From an uncultured delta proteobacterium (lineage in GTDB: Bacteria > Desulfobacterota > Binatia > JACPRU01): 64,000 nt of DNA. Numbering within the stretch: position 1 is the stretch's first letter; the number at the start of each line of letters is the position of its first letter. The translations under genes and the position numbers were made by a program. The stretch is from the NCBI GenBank assembly GCA_963745025.1, contig CAVUWD010000019.1, positions 32,001 through 96,000 on the forward strand. Direction: 5' to 3'. Shown one piece after another: positions 37,448 through 48,297 of the stretch. The notes beneath the pieces are model-generated. The model had not been told where the DNA came from. It ran no database searches and saw only the letters and a list, made by a program, of their open reading frames with translations.

Positions 37448-38763
37448 AGAAGACACGCGAGGACGTTTCGATCGGCCTGCTCGGGCTCGGCACGGTCGGT
37501 ACGGGCGTCGTCAAGCTCCTCGAGCGCAATCACGCCTCGATCCGCAAGCGGCTTGGACGAGGACTGCGGCTCGCCGCCGTGGCGGTACGCCATCCCGCAC
37601 GCAAGCGCGACGTCGCGCTCGATCGCGTGCGGATCGTCGGCGATCCGTGGCGACTCCTTGCCGATCCCGCAATCGACGTGATCGTCGAGCTGATCGGCGG
37701 CATCGAGCCGGCGAAGAGCCTCGTGCTCGGCGCGATCGCCGCGGGGAAGGACGTCGTCACCGCCAACAAGGCGCTGCTCGCCACGCACGGGCAGGACGTG
37801 TTCCAGGCCGCCGAGCGCGCCGGTGCGCGGCTCGGCTTCGAGGGCAGCGTCGCCGGCGGCGTCCCCATCATCCGTGTGCTTCGCCAGGCGCTCGCCGGAG
37901 ATCGAAACCGTGCCATCTACGGAATCGTCAACGGAACCTGCAACTCGATTCTGACCGCGATGACCGATCGCGGCGCGGAGTTCCACGAGGCGCTCGCCGA
38001 AGCCCAGGCGGCCGGGCTCGCCGAGGCGGACCCCTCGCTCGACGTCGACGGCATCGATGCTGCCCAAAAACTGTCGCTGCTCGTGATGCTGGCCTTCGGC
38101 GCGCGCTGTCCGCTGTCGTCGATCCACACCGAAGGCATTCGCCGCGTCAGCCAGCTCGACGTGGCGTTCGCGCGCGAGCTCGGCTACGTGATCAAGCTGC
38201 TGGCGATCGCCAAGGACGACGGCCGATCGATCGAAGCGCGAGTGCATCCAACGATGATTCCGCGCGCGAGCCTGCTCGCCGACGTGCGCGGCGCCTTCAA
38301 CGCGGTGCACGTTCAGGGCGATGCGCTGGGTCCGACGATGTACGTCGGAGAGGGCGCCGGCATGCTGCCCACCGCGACCTCCGTGCTCAGCGACATTCTG
38401 GAGGTGGCCGAGTCACGGGGCCGCCGCGATGCGCGGCCAGCACCGCCCCTCGGCATGCCCTGGCGCGAGCTTCGCCGCGCGCGCATCCGGGCGATCGGGG
38501 GCCTTGAGGCCGAGTACTATCTGCGGTTTCTGGTGCTCGACCGCCCGGGCGTGCTCGGCCGGATCGCCAGTATCCTCGGCCGCCACCAGATCTCGATCGC
38601 CTCGGTGATCCAGAAGGATCGCAAGCGCGGCACCTCGGTGCCGATCGTGATCCGCACCCACGATGCGCTCGAGCGCAATCTCGTGCGTGCGCTCGCGGAG
38701 ATCGGCCGGCTTGCGGTGGTCAGCGGCAAGCCGGTGTTCGTGCGGATCGAGGACCGGCTGTAG
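37438..38763 (+). CDS. hom: Homoserine dehydrogenase with ACT domain
   Basis: GLGTVGTG, VVTANKA, SVAGGVP, GIVNGTCN, AEADP..DVDGIDAAQK, DRPGVL. Confidence 0.94.
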   Translation: MELKKTREDVSIGLLGLGTVGTGVVKLLERNHASIRKRLGRGLRLAAVAVRHPARKRDVALDRVRIVGDPWRLLADPAIDVIVELIGGIEPAKSLVLGAIAAGKDVVTANKALLATHGQDVFQAAERAGARLGFEGSVAGGVPIIRVLRQALAGDRNRAIYGIVNGTCNSILTAMTDRGAEFHEALAEAQAAGLAEADPSLDVDGIDAAQKLSLLVMLAFGARCPLSSIHTEGIRRVSQLDVAFARELGYVIKLLAIAKDDGRSIEARVHPTMIPRASLLADVRGAFNAVHVQGDALGPTMYVGEGAGMLPTATSVLSDILEVAESRGRRDARPAPPLGMPWRELRRARIRAIGGLEAEYYLRFLVLDRPGVLGRIASILGRHQISIASVIQKDRKRGTSVPIVIRTHDALERNLVRALAEIGRLAVVSGKPVFVRIEDRL

Positions 38764-38767
38764 GAGA

Positions 38768-38826
38768 GGCTACGGGCTGCAGGCTACAGGCAAAGACTCC
38801 TGGGCCTTGGCCGTAGCCTGTAGCCT
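38768..38826. repeat. Heptamer-arm hairpin element
   Basis: GGCTACG GGCTGCA GGCTACA GGCAAAGAC...CGTAGCC TGTAGCC. Confidence 0.8.
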
Positions 38827-38904
38827 CGTTCACATTCCGTCCTCGCGAGTGTCCTCGCGAGTTGACAGTTCCGACCCGGTCGACTCTAAACTGTCGCGTT
38901 AGTC

Positions 38905-39870
38905 ATGGACCGTAACCTGGCGCTCGAGGTGGTGCGAGTCACGGAAGCCGCGGCGCTCGCGGCCGCCCGGTTCGTCGGCCGGGGGGACGAGGTGGCGGCC
39001 GATCTCGAGGCGGCGCGCGCGATCGAGCGCGCCTTCCGCGCGATCCCGGTGGAGGGCTCGGTCGTCATCGGCGAGGGACAGGAAGAGGATGGCGTGCCGC
39101 TCTTCGAGGGCCAGCGCCTCGGCAGCGGGGACGGCGCGAAGCTCTCGATCGCCGTCGATGCGATCGACGGCGCCATCGCCTGCGCAACCGGCGCGGCGAA
39201 CGCGCTCTCGGTCATTGCCATCTCGGACGATCCGACCTGTGGATTCCAGCGCTGCCCGCGCACGTACATGGAGAAGATCGTCGCAGGCCTCGGCCCCGAC
39301 GGGCGCGACGTCGTCGATCTCGATCGCTCGCCGAGCGATAATCTGAAGGCGCTGGCCGACGCTCGAGGCGTATACGTCGAAGATCTCACGGTGGCGATCC
39401 TCGACCGGCCGCGACACGACAAGCTGATCGCTGAAGTGCGCAAGGCGGGTGCGCGCATCCGCCTCATTCCCGATGGCGAGGTCTCGGTGGCGCTGGCCAC
39501 CTCGCGTCCCGAGAGCGGGATCGATCTCCTGATAGGGGTCGGCACCTCCTCGGCAGGCCTGCTCGCCGCTGCCGGCCTCCTCTGCGCGGGCGGGACCCTC
39601 CAGGCGCGCTTCGTGCCGTCGAATGCCGAAGAGGCCAATCTTCTCACCGCGGCAGGTATCCGCGACCCGACGAAGAAGCTTCTCCTGACCGACATCGTTC
39701 AGGGCAGCGTGATGTTCGCGGCTACGGGCGTGACGACCGGAGACTTCCTCCAAGGCGTGCGATTCTTCCGCGGCGGCGCGACGACCAACTCGGTCGTGGT
39801 GCGCTCGAAGAGCCGAACGCTGCGCCGCATCGAGGCCACGCACCGCTTCGACTTCAAGCCGGAGTACTGA
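38905..39870 (+). CDS. glpX: Class II fructose-1,6-bisphosphatase homolog (divergent active site)
   Basis: MDRNLALEVVRVTEAAALAA, IGEG, YMEK, LDRPRH, FAATGVT. Confidence 0.85.
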   Translation: MDRNLALEVVRVTEAAALAAARFVGRGDEVAADLEAARAIERAFRAIPVEGSVVIGEGQEEDGVPLFEGQRLGSGDGAKLSIAVDAIDGAIACATGAANALSVIAISDDPTCGFQRCPRTYMEKIVAGLGPDGRDVVDLDRSPSDNLKALADARGVYVEDLTVAILDRPRHDKLIAEVRKAGARIRLIPDGEVSVALATSRPESGIDLLIGVGTSSAGLLAAAGLLCAGGTLQARFVPSNAEEANLLTAAGIRDPTKKLLLTDIVQGSVMFAATGVTTGDFLQGVRFFRGGATTNSVVVRSKSRTLRRIEATHRFDFKPEY

Positions 39871-39990
39871 GCCGAAGAACCTGTGCAGCAATTGTTTGCC
39901 CTGGTCGGGAATTACCAAACTTTTTAGGGATTTGGGTAAACGAATGCGGTTGGCTCACGTTGGCTGAGCTTGTCCTCAATAGCCCCGTTT

Positions 39991-40021
39991 CGGGCACAGA
40001 ACGGGCACAATTTCGGGCACA
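39991..40021 (+). repeat. Triple CGGGCACA repeat (putative integrase arm-type sites)
   Basis: CGGGCACA x3. Related CAGGCACG/CGGGCACA at 50403-50422 near the other end. Confidence 0.6.
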
Positions 40022-40473
40022 GCCAGCCATCGAAGAGCTAAGCGAAGGGTCATCAGGTCGCAGATTCATATCGCGGGCTCGATCGCGCCGGACTCGCGCT
40101 TCTTCGTGTCGGAGTATTTCCGCCGATTCACCAAGTCGGGGAAGACGATCTTCGAGGCGTTTGCGCGGTTCGCACGATCGAACGGCTTCTAAGCCGAGCG
40201 AGCTTCAAGGCGTCGATCGTCGTCGTCACCACGACGGGGATTGCCGAGAATCGATATCGGTCCTCTCCCTTCGACCATCGTTGTTGCTCGCTGGCTACCG
40301 AGTCCTGTGTTCAGGAGATTGTTCGCTGCCATTTGCATCGCTACCGACGATCCCCGTCTCGCAAAGTAAAAAGCTCTTGCTCCACGCGGAAACTGAACGG
40401 CGGGTGAACCTCGACCGGGTAGAGGGCGGGGGTGAATCCTTCCCGCTCCTGGGCTGCTGCCCGCAGCAGCGAA

Positions 40474-40881
40474 TCATTCAGCGCACGGTACCATCTCCCG
40501 CGGGATGTCTGAGTCAAAGACCCAACTCTTTGCGGACCCGCCCGTAGCGCTCGCCTCAAGCGTATAGTGTCGATCGGTAGCGTCCAAGATGGAGAGCGTT
40601 ACACCGTCCGAAGGATGGAATCCTTGCTCCTGGAGATCGGCAACCGTTGCTCCTCTATAGCTTTGACCGTTTGAGCCGTAGAAGGCTTCGATCGCGACGG
40701 CCGCGTTATGGAGATCTTGCCTCATTCGCTCGTCTGCGGGTGTAGTCCTCGTAGTTCGCGAATGTTGTGGAGTGATAGCTGCTGGTCTCTCGACGGTTGT
40801 TCTAGGAACGTATTCTTGGCGGCTGCTCGCTAAGAGAACTAGGGCTGGAAGCAGGTTGAGGAATCGGAGCGCGTAACGCAC
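40474..40881 (-). CDS. Hypothetical exported protein with a pilin-like C-terminal domain
   Basis: Hydrophobic N-terminus. DLHNAAVAIEAFY resembles the type IV pilin helix. Confidence 0.5.
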   Translation of the reverse strand: MRYALRFLNLLPALVLLASSRQEYVPRTTVERPAAITPQHSRTTRTTPADERMRQDLHNAAVAIEAFYGSNGQSYRGATVADLQEQGFHPSDGVTLSILDATDRHYTLEASATGGSAKSWVFDSDIPREMVPCAE

Positions 40882-41007
40882 GATCTCTCCCTTCTATCTA
40901 CGAGACACGTACCCCGAGAGTCAAAGCCAAGCGCGTGAACGGCGCTACTTGCTCAAAGCCTGAATCTGCGACGGGTCGCTGACCACGATCTCGGCTTTCC
41001 CTCGGTC

Positions 41008-41155
41008 CTCGGCGGATACCCAAAACCAGCCATTAGTGGACGTCTGAAAACCGGCCAATAAGGTAAGCGCACGGGACGTTGACGCGGTCCTGGGGAGATG
41101 ACCCCCGGGGCCGGATGAGCAACGTCTTGAGCGAAGAGAAGAGACAGCAAGTCGA
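41008..41155 (+). mobile_element. IS21-family left-end remnant
   Basis: Tandem AAAACCAGCCA/AAAACCGGCCA boxes, then MSNVLSEEKRQQV (IstA-like start), then truncation. Confidence 0.6.
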
Positions 41156-41160
41156 TACGA

Positions 41161-41385
41161 ATGAAGCTCCTCTCCTGGAACTTGAACGGCCGACGCCTCG
41201 TCGCGCGCGAGCAAGTTGCTGCCGTCGCACGTCGACGACCGGATGTCGTCGCCTTCCAGGAGGTGACGGAGGGCACGCTAGGCATCCTGCGAAGAGCGCT
41301 CATCGAGCGTGGACTTCCGTTCGCGGTGAACAGCTTCGAGCTTCAGGAATCGCGATCTCAACTCACCGGGCCGCGTCGCTACGGG
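41161..41385 (+). pseudogene. Endonuclease/exonuclease/phosphatase N-terminal fragment
   Basis: MKLLSWNLNG...PDVVAFQEV. Similarity lost after ~75 aa. Confidence 0.65.
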
Positions 41386-41696
41386 GCGCCTGCGGCCCGC
41401 CGGGCGCCAGTCGCGGGCACGCGGGTAACCCGCTCACGGACAAGTACCGGCCGTGCGATGACGCCCGACCGATTCATCTTCTCGCTCGGGTCAACCCGTG
41501 ACAACCAGACTCGCGGGCGCTTGTTGGGGTTGAATGTCCTAGCCGTTGAAATCACACTTTTCTCCAAAGAACCGGGCGTGGTACAAAACTTGACAACGGC
41601 TGATCAGAGTGCGATGGCGGGGCAACGTTGTTCGCTCGGAGCAAGCCCGGCCCGGCGACTTCCAATCGCGCAGCATTACAACTGAAGGAGTGCGTC

Positions 41697-42611
41697 ATGC
41701 ATATTGACCCGCTTCGTCTCGATACCAAAGCAAATGCTTGGAACAGAAAGAACGAGTACTTCTATGCCCTCGCCCTTGGCGTTCTCTCCCTGTTGGGGGG
41801 ACCGGCATACGGTCAAACTTGCGTGCATAATACCGGCTGCCAGCCGACGTTCAATCTTAACGGTTACGACAGGGGCGCAAAAACAGAAATCAATACATGT
41901 ACGACGAATGGTTCTTCGAGTCCCTGTGCGTGGGCTGACGTAGCTGAAGGAATGGAGAACTTCCTTGCCTGCCGTCTGGCCGAAACGGGTCCTATTGCGC
42001 TTTGCTACTATTCCGGAGTGCCGGGGAGCCCGTTATTCACCCCGAGTTGCACCTTTTCACAGGCTAAGAATGCCGCCGAATGCGACTGTTACCAAATAAG
42101 TGCGGACCATCCCACGGGAGCGACTTACTCTTACGTCCTGATTACCAGCATTCTGAACAAAAACGTTTACGAGGAAACTGTCTCGGCATGCGGCCAGGAC
42201 GGCAGTGGGTGCCTGAATGCCACGAATCCCGCAGATCCCAGCAAGAACGAGGCACCAGTATGCGATGCGATCAGGAACAAGACATTATTCCCCGGCGCAG
42301 ATCTGATCTCCGACTTCAGTCCAATACTTTTCGGCGAAATAGGCATCACTAATTTCGAGTGTCCAGCGCAGGGGGATGCCAACCGCTACGCTGGGTGCAT
42401 GACGGCCCCGTGCAAGAGTACCGGGAAGACCGACGTAGCTACCGGCCTTCCGCTCGTCAAGTGCACCTGCCCAACCTACGACGGTCCCAACCAGGTAGGA
42501 AATCCCCAAATATCTGCCGGGGGCTATTCATGCAGTCCAACGCCCCATGTTTGGTCCTCCGCCTATTCGCCGTCTAGCGATCCAGAGTCCTTGCTACCGG
42601 ATGTACCCTGA
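41697..42611 (+). CDS. Cysteine-rich, probably secreted hypothetical protein
   Basis: AAGGAG RBS, hydrophobic signal-like segment, many Cys, lower GC than the host backbone. Confidence 0.75.
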   Translation: MHIDPLRLDTKANAWNRKNEYFYALALGVLSLLGGPAYGQTCVHNTGCQPTFNLNGYDRGAKTEINTCTTNGSSSPCAWADVAEGMENFLACRLAETGPIALCYYSGVPGSPLFTPSCTFSQAKNAAECDCYQISADHPTGATYSYVLITSILNKNVYEETVSACGQDGSGCLNATNPADPSKNEAPVCDAIRNKTLFPGADLISDFSPILFGEIGITNFECPAQGDANRYAGCMTAPCKSTGKTDVATGLPLVKCTCPTYDGPNQVGNPQISAGGYSCSPTPHVWSSAYSPSSDPESLLPDVP

Positions 42612-42749
42612 GGTGGAAACGCGCGTCGGAAAGCGTGGACCAGCGATCTCGGCGAACTCGGCACCGACAGGGCCCATGCGCGGAAGTTCAGAGGAATTTT
42701 ACCGTGGCTGACGATCGCACTCGGCCCGGTTGAGAACCCGCGCTTCTGC

Positions 42750-43223
42750 GTGATAGCGCCACTTGACGGTCAGTTTAGCGTCAAGCCCGCTGCGGTGGTC
42801 TCGTGCGCACGGTGCACCAAACAGCGCCAGACGCCGTACGGCGGCACTCGGACCGTGCCCTGAAGCGGTGAACGCCTTGGCCAGTATCTGGAGAGAAACG
42901 ATCCTGATGCGTGCCATCCTCCGGGCCGACCTTTCGGTGAGCTCCACGACCCTACGTCGGCGAAGAGCACGGTCACCTGCTTGCGGTAGCTCGAGGGCGG
43001 AGCGCGACGTGAGGATCTTCTCCGCAAGGTGCTTCGGCGTGTAGGAACGGGGATCTGGACCGACGGCCGAGCCAGTGGCTGTCCGCCGAATCGTAGAACC
43101 TGCGACCTGGGGGTTCGCAGTGCGCAGGACTCGGGCATGCCGGCCGCGCAAGGGGCGCGGCGCATTCGCCGCAGCCACTGACGCGCCGTCTGGATTGTCG
43201 CAGCCACAACTCGGGCACCTCAT
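42750..43223 (-). pseudogene. Degenerate zinc-ribbon adenylate/guanylate cyclase fragment
   Basis: MRCPSCG..N, SYTPKHLAEKILTSRSALE, RKQVTVLFADV across broken frames. Confidence 0.75.
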
Positions 43224-43449
43224 TCTGGGCGTGCAAAGCCTCGAAAGCGCTCGAGCAACGTCTTCTGCTTCCTTCAGATGCCGCAGTGTCAACAGCCCTC
43301 GTGAACCAACCGTAGTCACGTGCCAGCATACGGCGAGCTTCCTCTTCAGTCCTGGTGGTGAAGGAGACGGGCGAGGCTCATCACCGCTCGAAGCTCCCAT
43401 GACTTCGCTTGCTGTCGGCGCGCAATGTCGATGGCGCGGCGAAAGCATT

Positions 43450-45098
43450 CCTCCGCTTCCGTTTGGCGATATGATGCGATCCGACGTGGAACGTCGGAGG
43501 ACTAGAGTCGCCCTTCATCGATGCAGTGCCGCTTCGCTGAGGCGCTCGGCCGTTGTTTCCATTATTGCGATTGCTTCTGCCACGGCAGTCGAATCCTTGC
43601 TCGAAGCGCCCCGCTGTCCCGTATGCCTTCGCCAGAAAATTGGTTCGGAATAAGCCTGCTCCGGTGCCCAACTGGGCTGCCAAACCCTGGCGCATCAGTC
43701 CATACCCCTTCCTCTATTTGTCCTTGCTCAGCCGTGCGTAGTCCTCGATGCAGAGTCGCCTGGGCGCGAATGTTCCCAAAACCTCGTCGGTGCAGACTCG
43801 CGCAAAAGCAGCCGCTTGATCGTGTCCAGCGTGCGGCGCTGCGAATCTGCGCGTCGATCTAGGCGAGGGGATCGATCCTTCGGCAATTCCGAGCGAGCGA
43901 ATAAGTGAGGGATGGCGTCTTCGAGGGAACGATCGAGCGTGAGAACTTTGCCGTTGACCTTCTCGCGCCGCGCGCGCGGATCGTCTTCGCCCGCGATCTG
44001 AAGTACGAGTGCAGCAAGTCGATGACCGGCAGGTACGCGGACGCCTTGCCGTGAGAGACCGAACAAGGTCTCTAGCACCATCCAGCCCGACTGCGAGACC
44101 GCCTTGAACTCGAAGAACAGCCGCGACTTGCCGACCGCCCGCCTCGGCCAGTTGCCGCGACGATCTGCCGCATGACCGGACTTGGCCTGTTCCGCAGCTG
44201 CCTCATCGCTCCATCTCGTCGACTGCGCCCGCGAACTTCGTGTACCCTCGACTGGCGGAGCGCTGCAGCCGCGTGCGCAGCGACCCCAGCCCGTCACCCG
44301 ATAGTCGACCGGCTCGCTCACCCCCTTCACGCGCGCCGCCCAGCGCCTTGAGCAGGAAGTATCCTTCCACCAGCTTTTGCGTCGCACTGGTGATCGCGAT
44401 CGATCCAATCGGCGCCAAAACCTGCATCCGCGCCGCCAGGCTGGTCGAGTGCCCCACCGGCACGTACTCCGCATGCTCGCCCGTGCTTACCGAGCGCATC
44501 ACCACCTCGCCGGTGTTTGCGCCCGCCCGCGCCTGAATCGGCTGGCGCCCATCGGCGCGCAAGCGGTCCGAATATCGCCTGATCTCCTCCTGCATCCGCA
44601 AGGCCGCGTAGAGCGCGCGCTGCGGATGGTCCTCATGGGCGATTGGGGCGCCGAACAGCGCGAAAATCCCGTCTCCTGTCGATTGCGCGACGTAGCCGTC
44701 GTAGCGATGGACCGCATCCATCATGATCTTCAACGCCGGATCGACGATCGCCCGCGCCGCTTCGGGGTCGAGGTCCTCGATCAACTCCATCGAGCCCTTG
44801 ATGTCCGCGAACAGGGCCGTGATTGTCTTGCGCTCGCCCTCCGCCGCGCTCCCCGCCTCCATCGCCGCCTGGTCGGCCAGGATGCGCTCAGCCAGACGGG
44901 GCGGCGTGTAGGAGTGAGGGTCCGGTGGCGCTCCTGGCTTCGCCACCTCCGCAAGCGGTTTCCCACCTCGCCGCAGAACCGCTCTCCCGGTTCCGATCTG
45001 GCGCCGCACGAGGGGCAGGCAAGCCCGAGACCGGCGCCGCAATGGACGCAGAATCTCCGGCCCGCGCGATTCTCGTGCCTGCAGGAAGGGCAGAGCAT
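43450..45098 (-). pseudogene. Zinc-ribbon/adenylate cyclase/AAA-ATPase/TPR pseudogene with frameshifts and internal deletion
   Basis: MLCPSC...FCVHCG, ERKTITALFADIKGSM, GDGIFALFGAP, VGKSRL, TPR-like tail. Confidence 0.85.
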
Positions 45099-45596
45099 CT
45101 TGCCCCCTCCTTGGAGGCTAGCCCCTGATCACTGCCGATAGTCCTTTCGGATGCTTTCGTGCAAGGCGCGAGCCCTCAAGCGGCGCAAAACCACTAACCC
45201 CCTGACTCCTCAGCCCTTCCTCCAGACTTTAAGACTGAGAAGTCGAGGAACTTCGGACTAGAAGTCCATCGCGAACGCGTTTTGGCCCAGCCAAGAGGAT
45301 AAATCCGGTGATCACCGCCCGAGTTCCTATCGTCCGCGTCGTTTCGCTCCGGTTTCGGCTATTACTTGGGCTCGCGCAGGCCTGCATCGTCACGCGCGCA
45401 CAGTGCAATCGCCGAAAAGTCCATGTCGCCGCGTCCCCTGGCAATGCTCGACACGAACCGCTCGCGGGCAAAGGCGGCGATCGGCATTGGTGCTCCTGCG
45501 TGTCTTAAGAACCCGGTGCTGATATCGCAGGTTATGTCGACATCGGCCGCTAATGCCGCCTATCCTCCGTGAAATTCGCGCAACAATGACGGCGCA

Positions 45597-46244
45597 TTAC
45601 TTCAAATGCCCGGACTTCACCCACAGCAACGCATCTTCCACTGCATAAGGGGAGTGTGAACTGCCAGGCGGCTGCCGCAGCCAGGTACCGGCCGGATAAG
45701 TGCCAAACTCGTCCTTGATGACGCCCTTGACCACGTAGATCTCTTCGCCGCCGGGATGTGAATGCGGGATGCCGGGCGCGGCAACAGGCAGCTCCACCAG
45801 CACCACCTGTTCTTCCTTGTACTTGTGCAGCAACTGGTAACGAATACCGTTCTGCACATCGTGCCACTGGGCCTCGCGGGTCTGGATAGCCAGCCGCTTG
45901 TCGTCATCGCTTTGGAACTGGTGTAGCTTCACCAGGATCAAACAACCCTCGTTGCTGAACGGCGCATGGCGGAAGCCAAGCGGGTTGCGGAAGTACATGC
46001 CCGCGGTGAAGTCGCCGGTTTCGTCGGAGAAGGTGCCGTCCAGCACCAGGATTTCCTCGCCGCCCGGGTGGTTGTGGCCGATGAAGCTGGCGCCGGGGTC
46101 GTAGCGGACTATGGAGGTGGCGTGGCCGCGTTCTGCTTCTTCGCGGGCCAGCGGTTTGCGCCATACGCCGGCCTCGGGGCTAGGTTGCCAGGGTAGGGTG
46201 CTGGTGTCGATGAGGACGCGTTGGGTGAAGTCCATGTTCAACAT
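45597..46244 (-). CDS. ChrR-like double cupin protein
   Basis: Two HxHPGGEEI cupin motifs, TSIVRY, LWVKSGHL. Confidence 0.9.
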   Translation of the reverse strand: MLNMDFTQRVLIDTSTLPWQPSPEAGVWRKPLAREEAERGHATSIVRYDPGASFIGHNHPGGEEILVLDGTFSDETGDFTAGMYFRNPLGFRHAPFSNEGCLILVKLHQFQSDDDKRLAIQTREAQWHDVQNGIRYQLLHKYKEEQVVLVELPVAAPGIPHSHPGGEEIYVVKGVIKDEFGTYPAGTWLRQPPGSSHSPYAVEDALLWVKSGHLK

Positions 46245-46552
46245 GGCGTTCCTCCTTCATTCGCCCCTACTTTGCCATATTTGCGTCCCGGAACCACCTG
46301 CTTGTGCTGGTGCAATGGAGAGTCTTCGTGCTTCGCCAGATTCTGTCCTGAGCTTTGTCGAAGGGCTTAGCACGAACGGGTCTTGCTTTACGCACCTATC
46401 GTAGAAAACTGGGGGCACTTCGAGGAAGCAGTGTGGGCTTGCGCGTCTGAGAACGCCGGTTATATAGCTGTCCGGCCCTTGTAGCGGCTATCGCCGCCGT
46501 GGCGCCGCTTCGATCCTGACACGATGCTCTCCAACACCGAAGGATCGACCAC

Positions 46553-47194
46553 GTGTATTCGCCATCCCAATTCGAAGAGACGCGCATCGAAACGCTGCAT
46601 GCGCTGATCCGCGCGCATCCACTGGGTACGCTGATCACACTCGGGCGAGCGGGCCTGGAAGTGAACCACATTCCGTTCGAGGTGCATCCCGATCCGGCGC
46701 CCTTCGGCACGCTGCGCGCGCATGTCGCACGCGCAAATCCGGTATGGCGGGACTTTTCTGCCGACGTTGGTGCGATGGTCGTATTCCAGGGACCGAGCGC
46801 CTATATCACACCGTCGTGGTACGCGACCAAGCGCGAGACCGGGAAAGTGGTGCCGACGTATAACTACGCGGTCGTACACGCCTACGGCCCGATGCGAGCG
46901 ATCGAAGATCGGTCCTGGCTGCGCGCGCTGGTCGGGCGACTGACCGACCGGTTCGAATCAGCGCGTGCGCAGCCGTGGCGGGTGACCGATGCGCCTGCCG
47001 ACTTCGTCGACAATCTGCTCGGCGCGATCGTCGGACTGGAGATCCCGCTCAGCAGGCTCGTCGGCAAATGGAAGATGAGCCAGAACCGGCCTGCAGCCGA
47101 TCATCCCGGCATCGTCGAAGGCTTGCGCGAAACGCAGGCTCCGGATGCGGTCGAAGTCGCAAAGCTGGTGGAAGAGCGCAATCGGCGGAACTGA
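46553..47194 (+). CDS. FMN-binding negative transcriptional regulator (PaiB-like)
   Basis: MYxPxxF, HVARANP, YITPSWY, VPTYNY, GKWKMSQNR. Confidence 0.92.
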   Translation: MYSPSQFEETRIETLHALIRAHPLGTLITLGRAGLEVNHIPFEVHPDPAPFGTLRAHVARANPVWRDFSADVGAMVVFQGPSAYITPSWYATKRETGKVVPTYNYAVVHAYGPMRAIEDRSWLRALVGRLTDRFESARAQPWRVTDAPADFVDNLLGAIVGLEIPLSRLVGKWKMSQNRPAADHPGIVEGLRETQAPDAVEVAKLVEERNRRN

Positions 47195-47242
47195 TCGCTA
47201 TCCACGTGTACGTGCTTCTCGCCGAAGCCGCCAAGCCTGAAG

Positions 47243-48091
47243 GTGGCTCTCGAGACGTCAGGGGGTCAGGCCCCGCGTGAGACAGGGGGTAGAGGCCGAC
47301 GTGAAGACGTCAGCTCCGGTTCGGGCCTGACGGATCAAAAACCCGAGGAACCCCCGTCAGACAAGGCCCCTGACGACCTGACGGATGCCCGACAGCCCTT
47401 CTCGACGGAGGGTCTCGACGATGGCGACGAACCGCCGAAGGAGGTCTTCTGACCGCCTCGCGGGCAGTCGCGGAAAGCATCCTGGATGACGCTCGCGAGC
47501 TCGACGTGAAGCTCAGCGCCGAGGACGGCCGGATCGTCGCCCAGGGGTGGCTCACCGATCCCTTCCGCCATCGTATCCGCGAGCACAAGGCAGAGCTTCT
47601 GGCGCTCCTTGAGAAGACCCGTGGGGTCACCAACCTGCCGGAGGAGCAAGACAAGGAGCTCGTCGCCGCCGCCGTGTGCGCGCCCGCAGCCTTGCCCAGG
47701 GCGAGGGTGGTGAGCGCCGAAAGCCTGCCGGATTTGCCTGAGGGAGCGACCGGAGCCGTCTTCTTCGAGTTCTCGGACGGTACTTTCGTTCGCGAACGTC
47801 TTTGGGGGGGTCGGTTGCCTGCCCGCGAGCCGATCAGGGGAGACCCAGACCATGATCCGCCGCGAACTGGAGACGGTTGCCCTAACTTCGGCCGATCGGC
47901 TTCGAACCGAGATCGGAGGTGCCCGGCTCGTGACGGTCGTCGCGGTTGGCGGGCACGTTCACGGTCGCCACCGTCGGCATGCCGAGCATCATGACCGCGC
48001 GCGGCCTCTCGGCGCGGGTCTTAGCAATCGTCCAAGCATTCGTGACCGCGTCGAGGGTGACCATATGGCCAGGACTGATCGTCCGACGTGA
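47243..48091 (+). pseudogene. Phage-satellite/IME-like small ORF remnants (replication-protein tail and small hypothetical proteins)
   Basis: Acidic C-terminal tail ending at 47452, overlapping ORF (DGRIVAQG...IREHKAELLALL). Co-oriented with xis and int. Confidence 0.45.
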
Positions 48092-48297
48092 GCCAACTCG
48101 CCGCTTGATGAAAGCCGAGAAGAGAAGATTGCTGAACCTTCGGGACGCCGCCGAATACTCGGGCCGGTCGGTATGGGCGGTGCGCGAGTTGATCTGGAAG
48201 GGCCGGATCCCTGTCGTACGGAACGATCGGTAAGGCCTCAGTCTCCGTAGGGGGAGGAAGGCTTGCGTGTTACGTATGTCTTATGCATACGTAAGGC

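Noticed and set aside
39871-40020. tRNA at the island boundary
   Set aside because: No tRNA fold found. The direct repeat maps to the glpX coding end instead.
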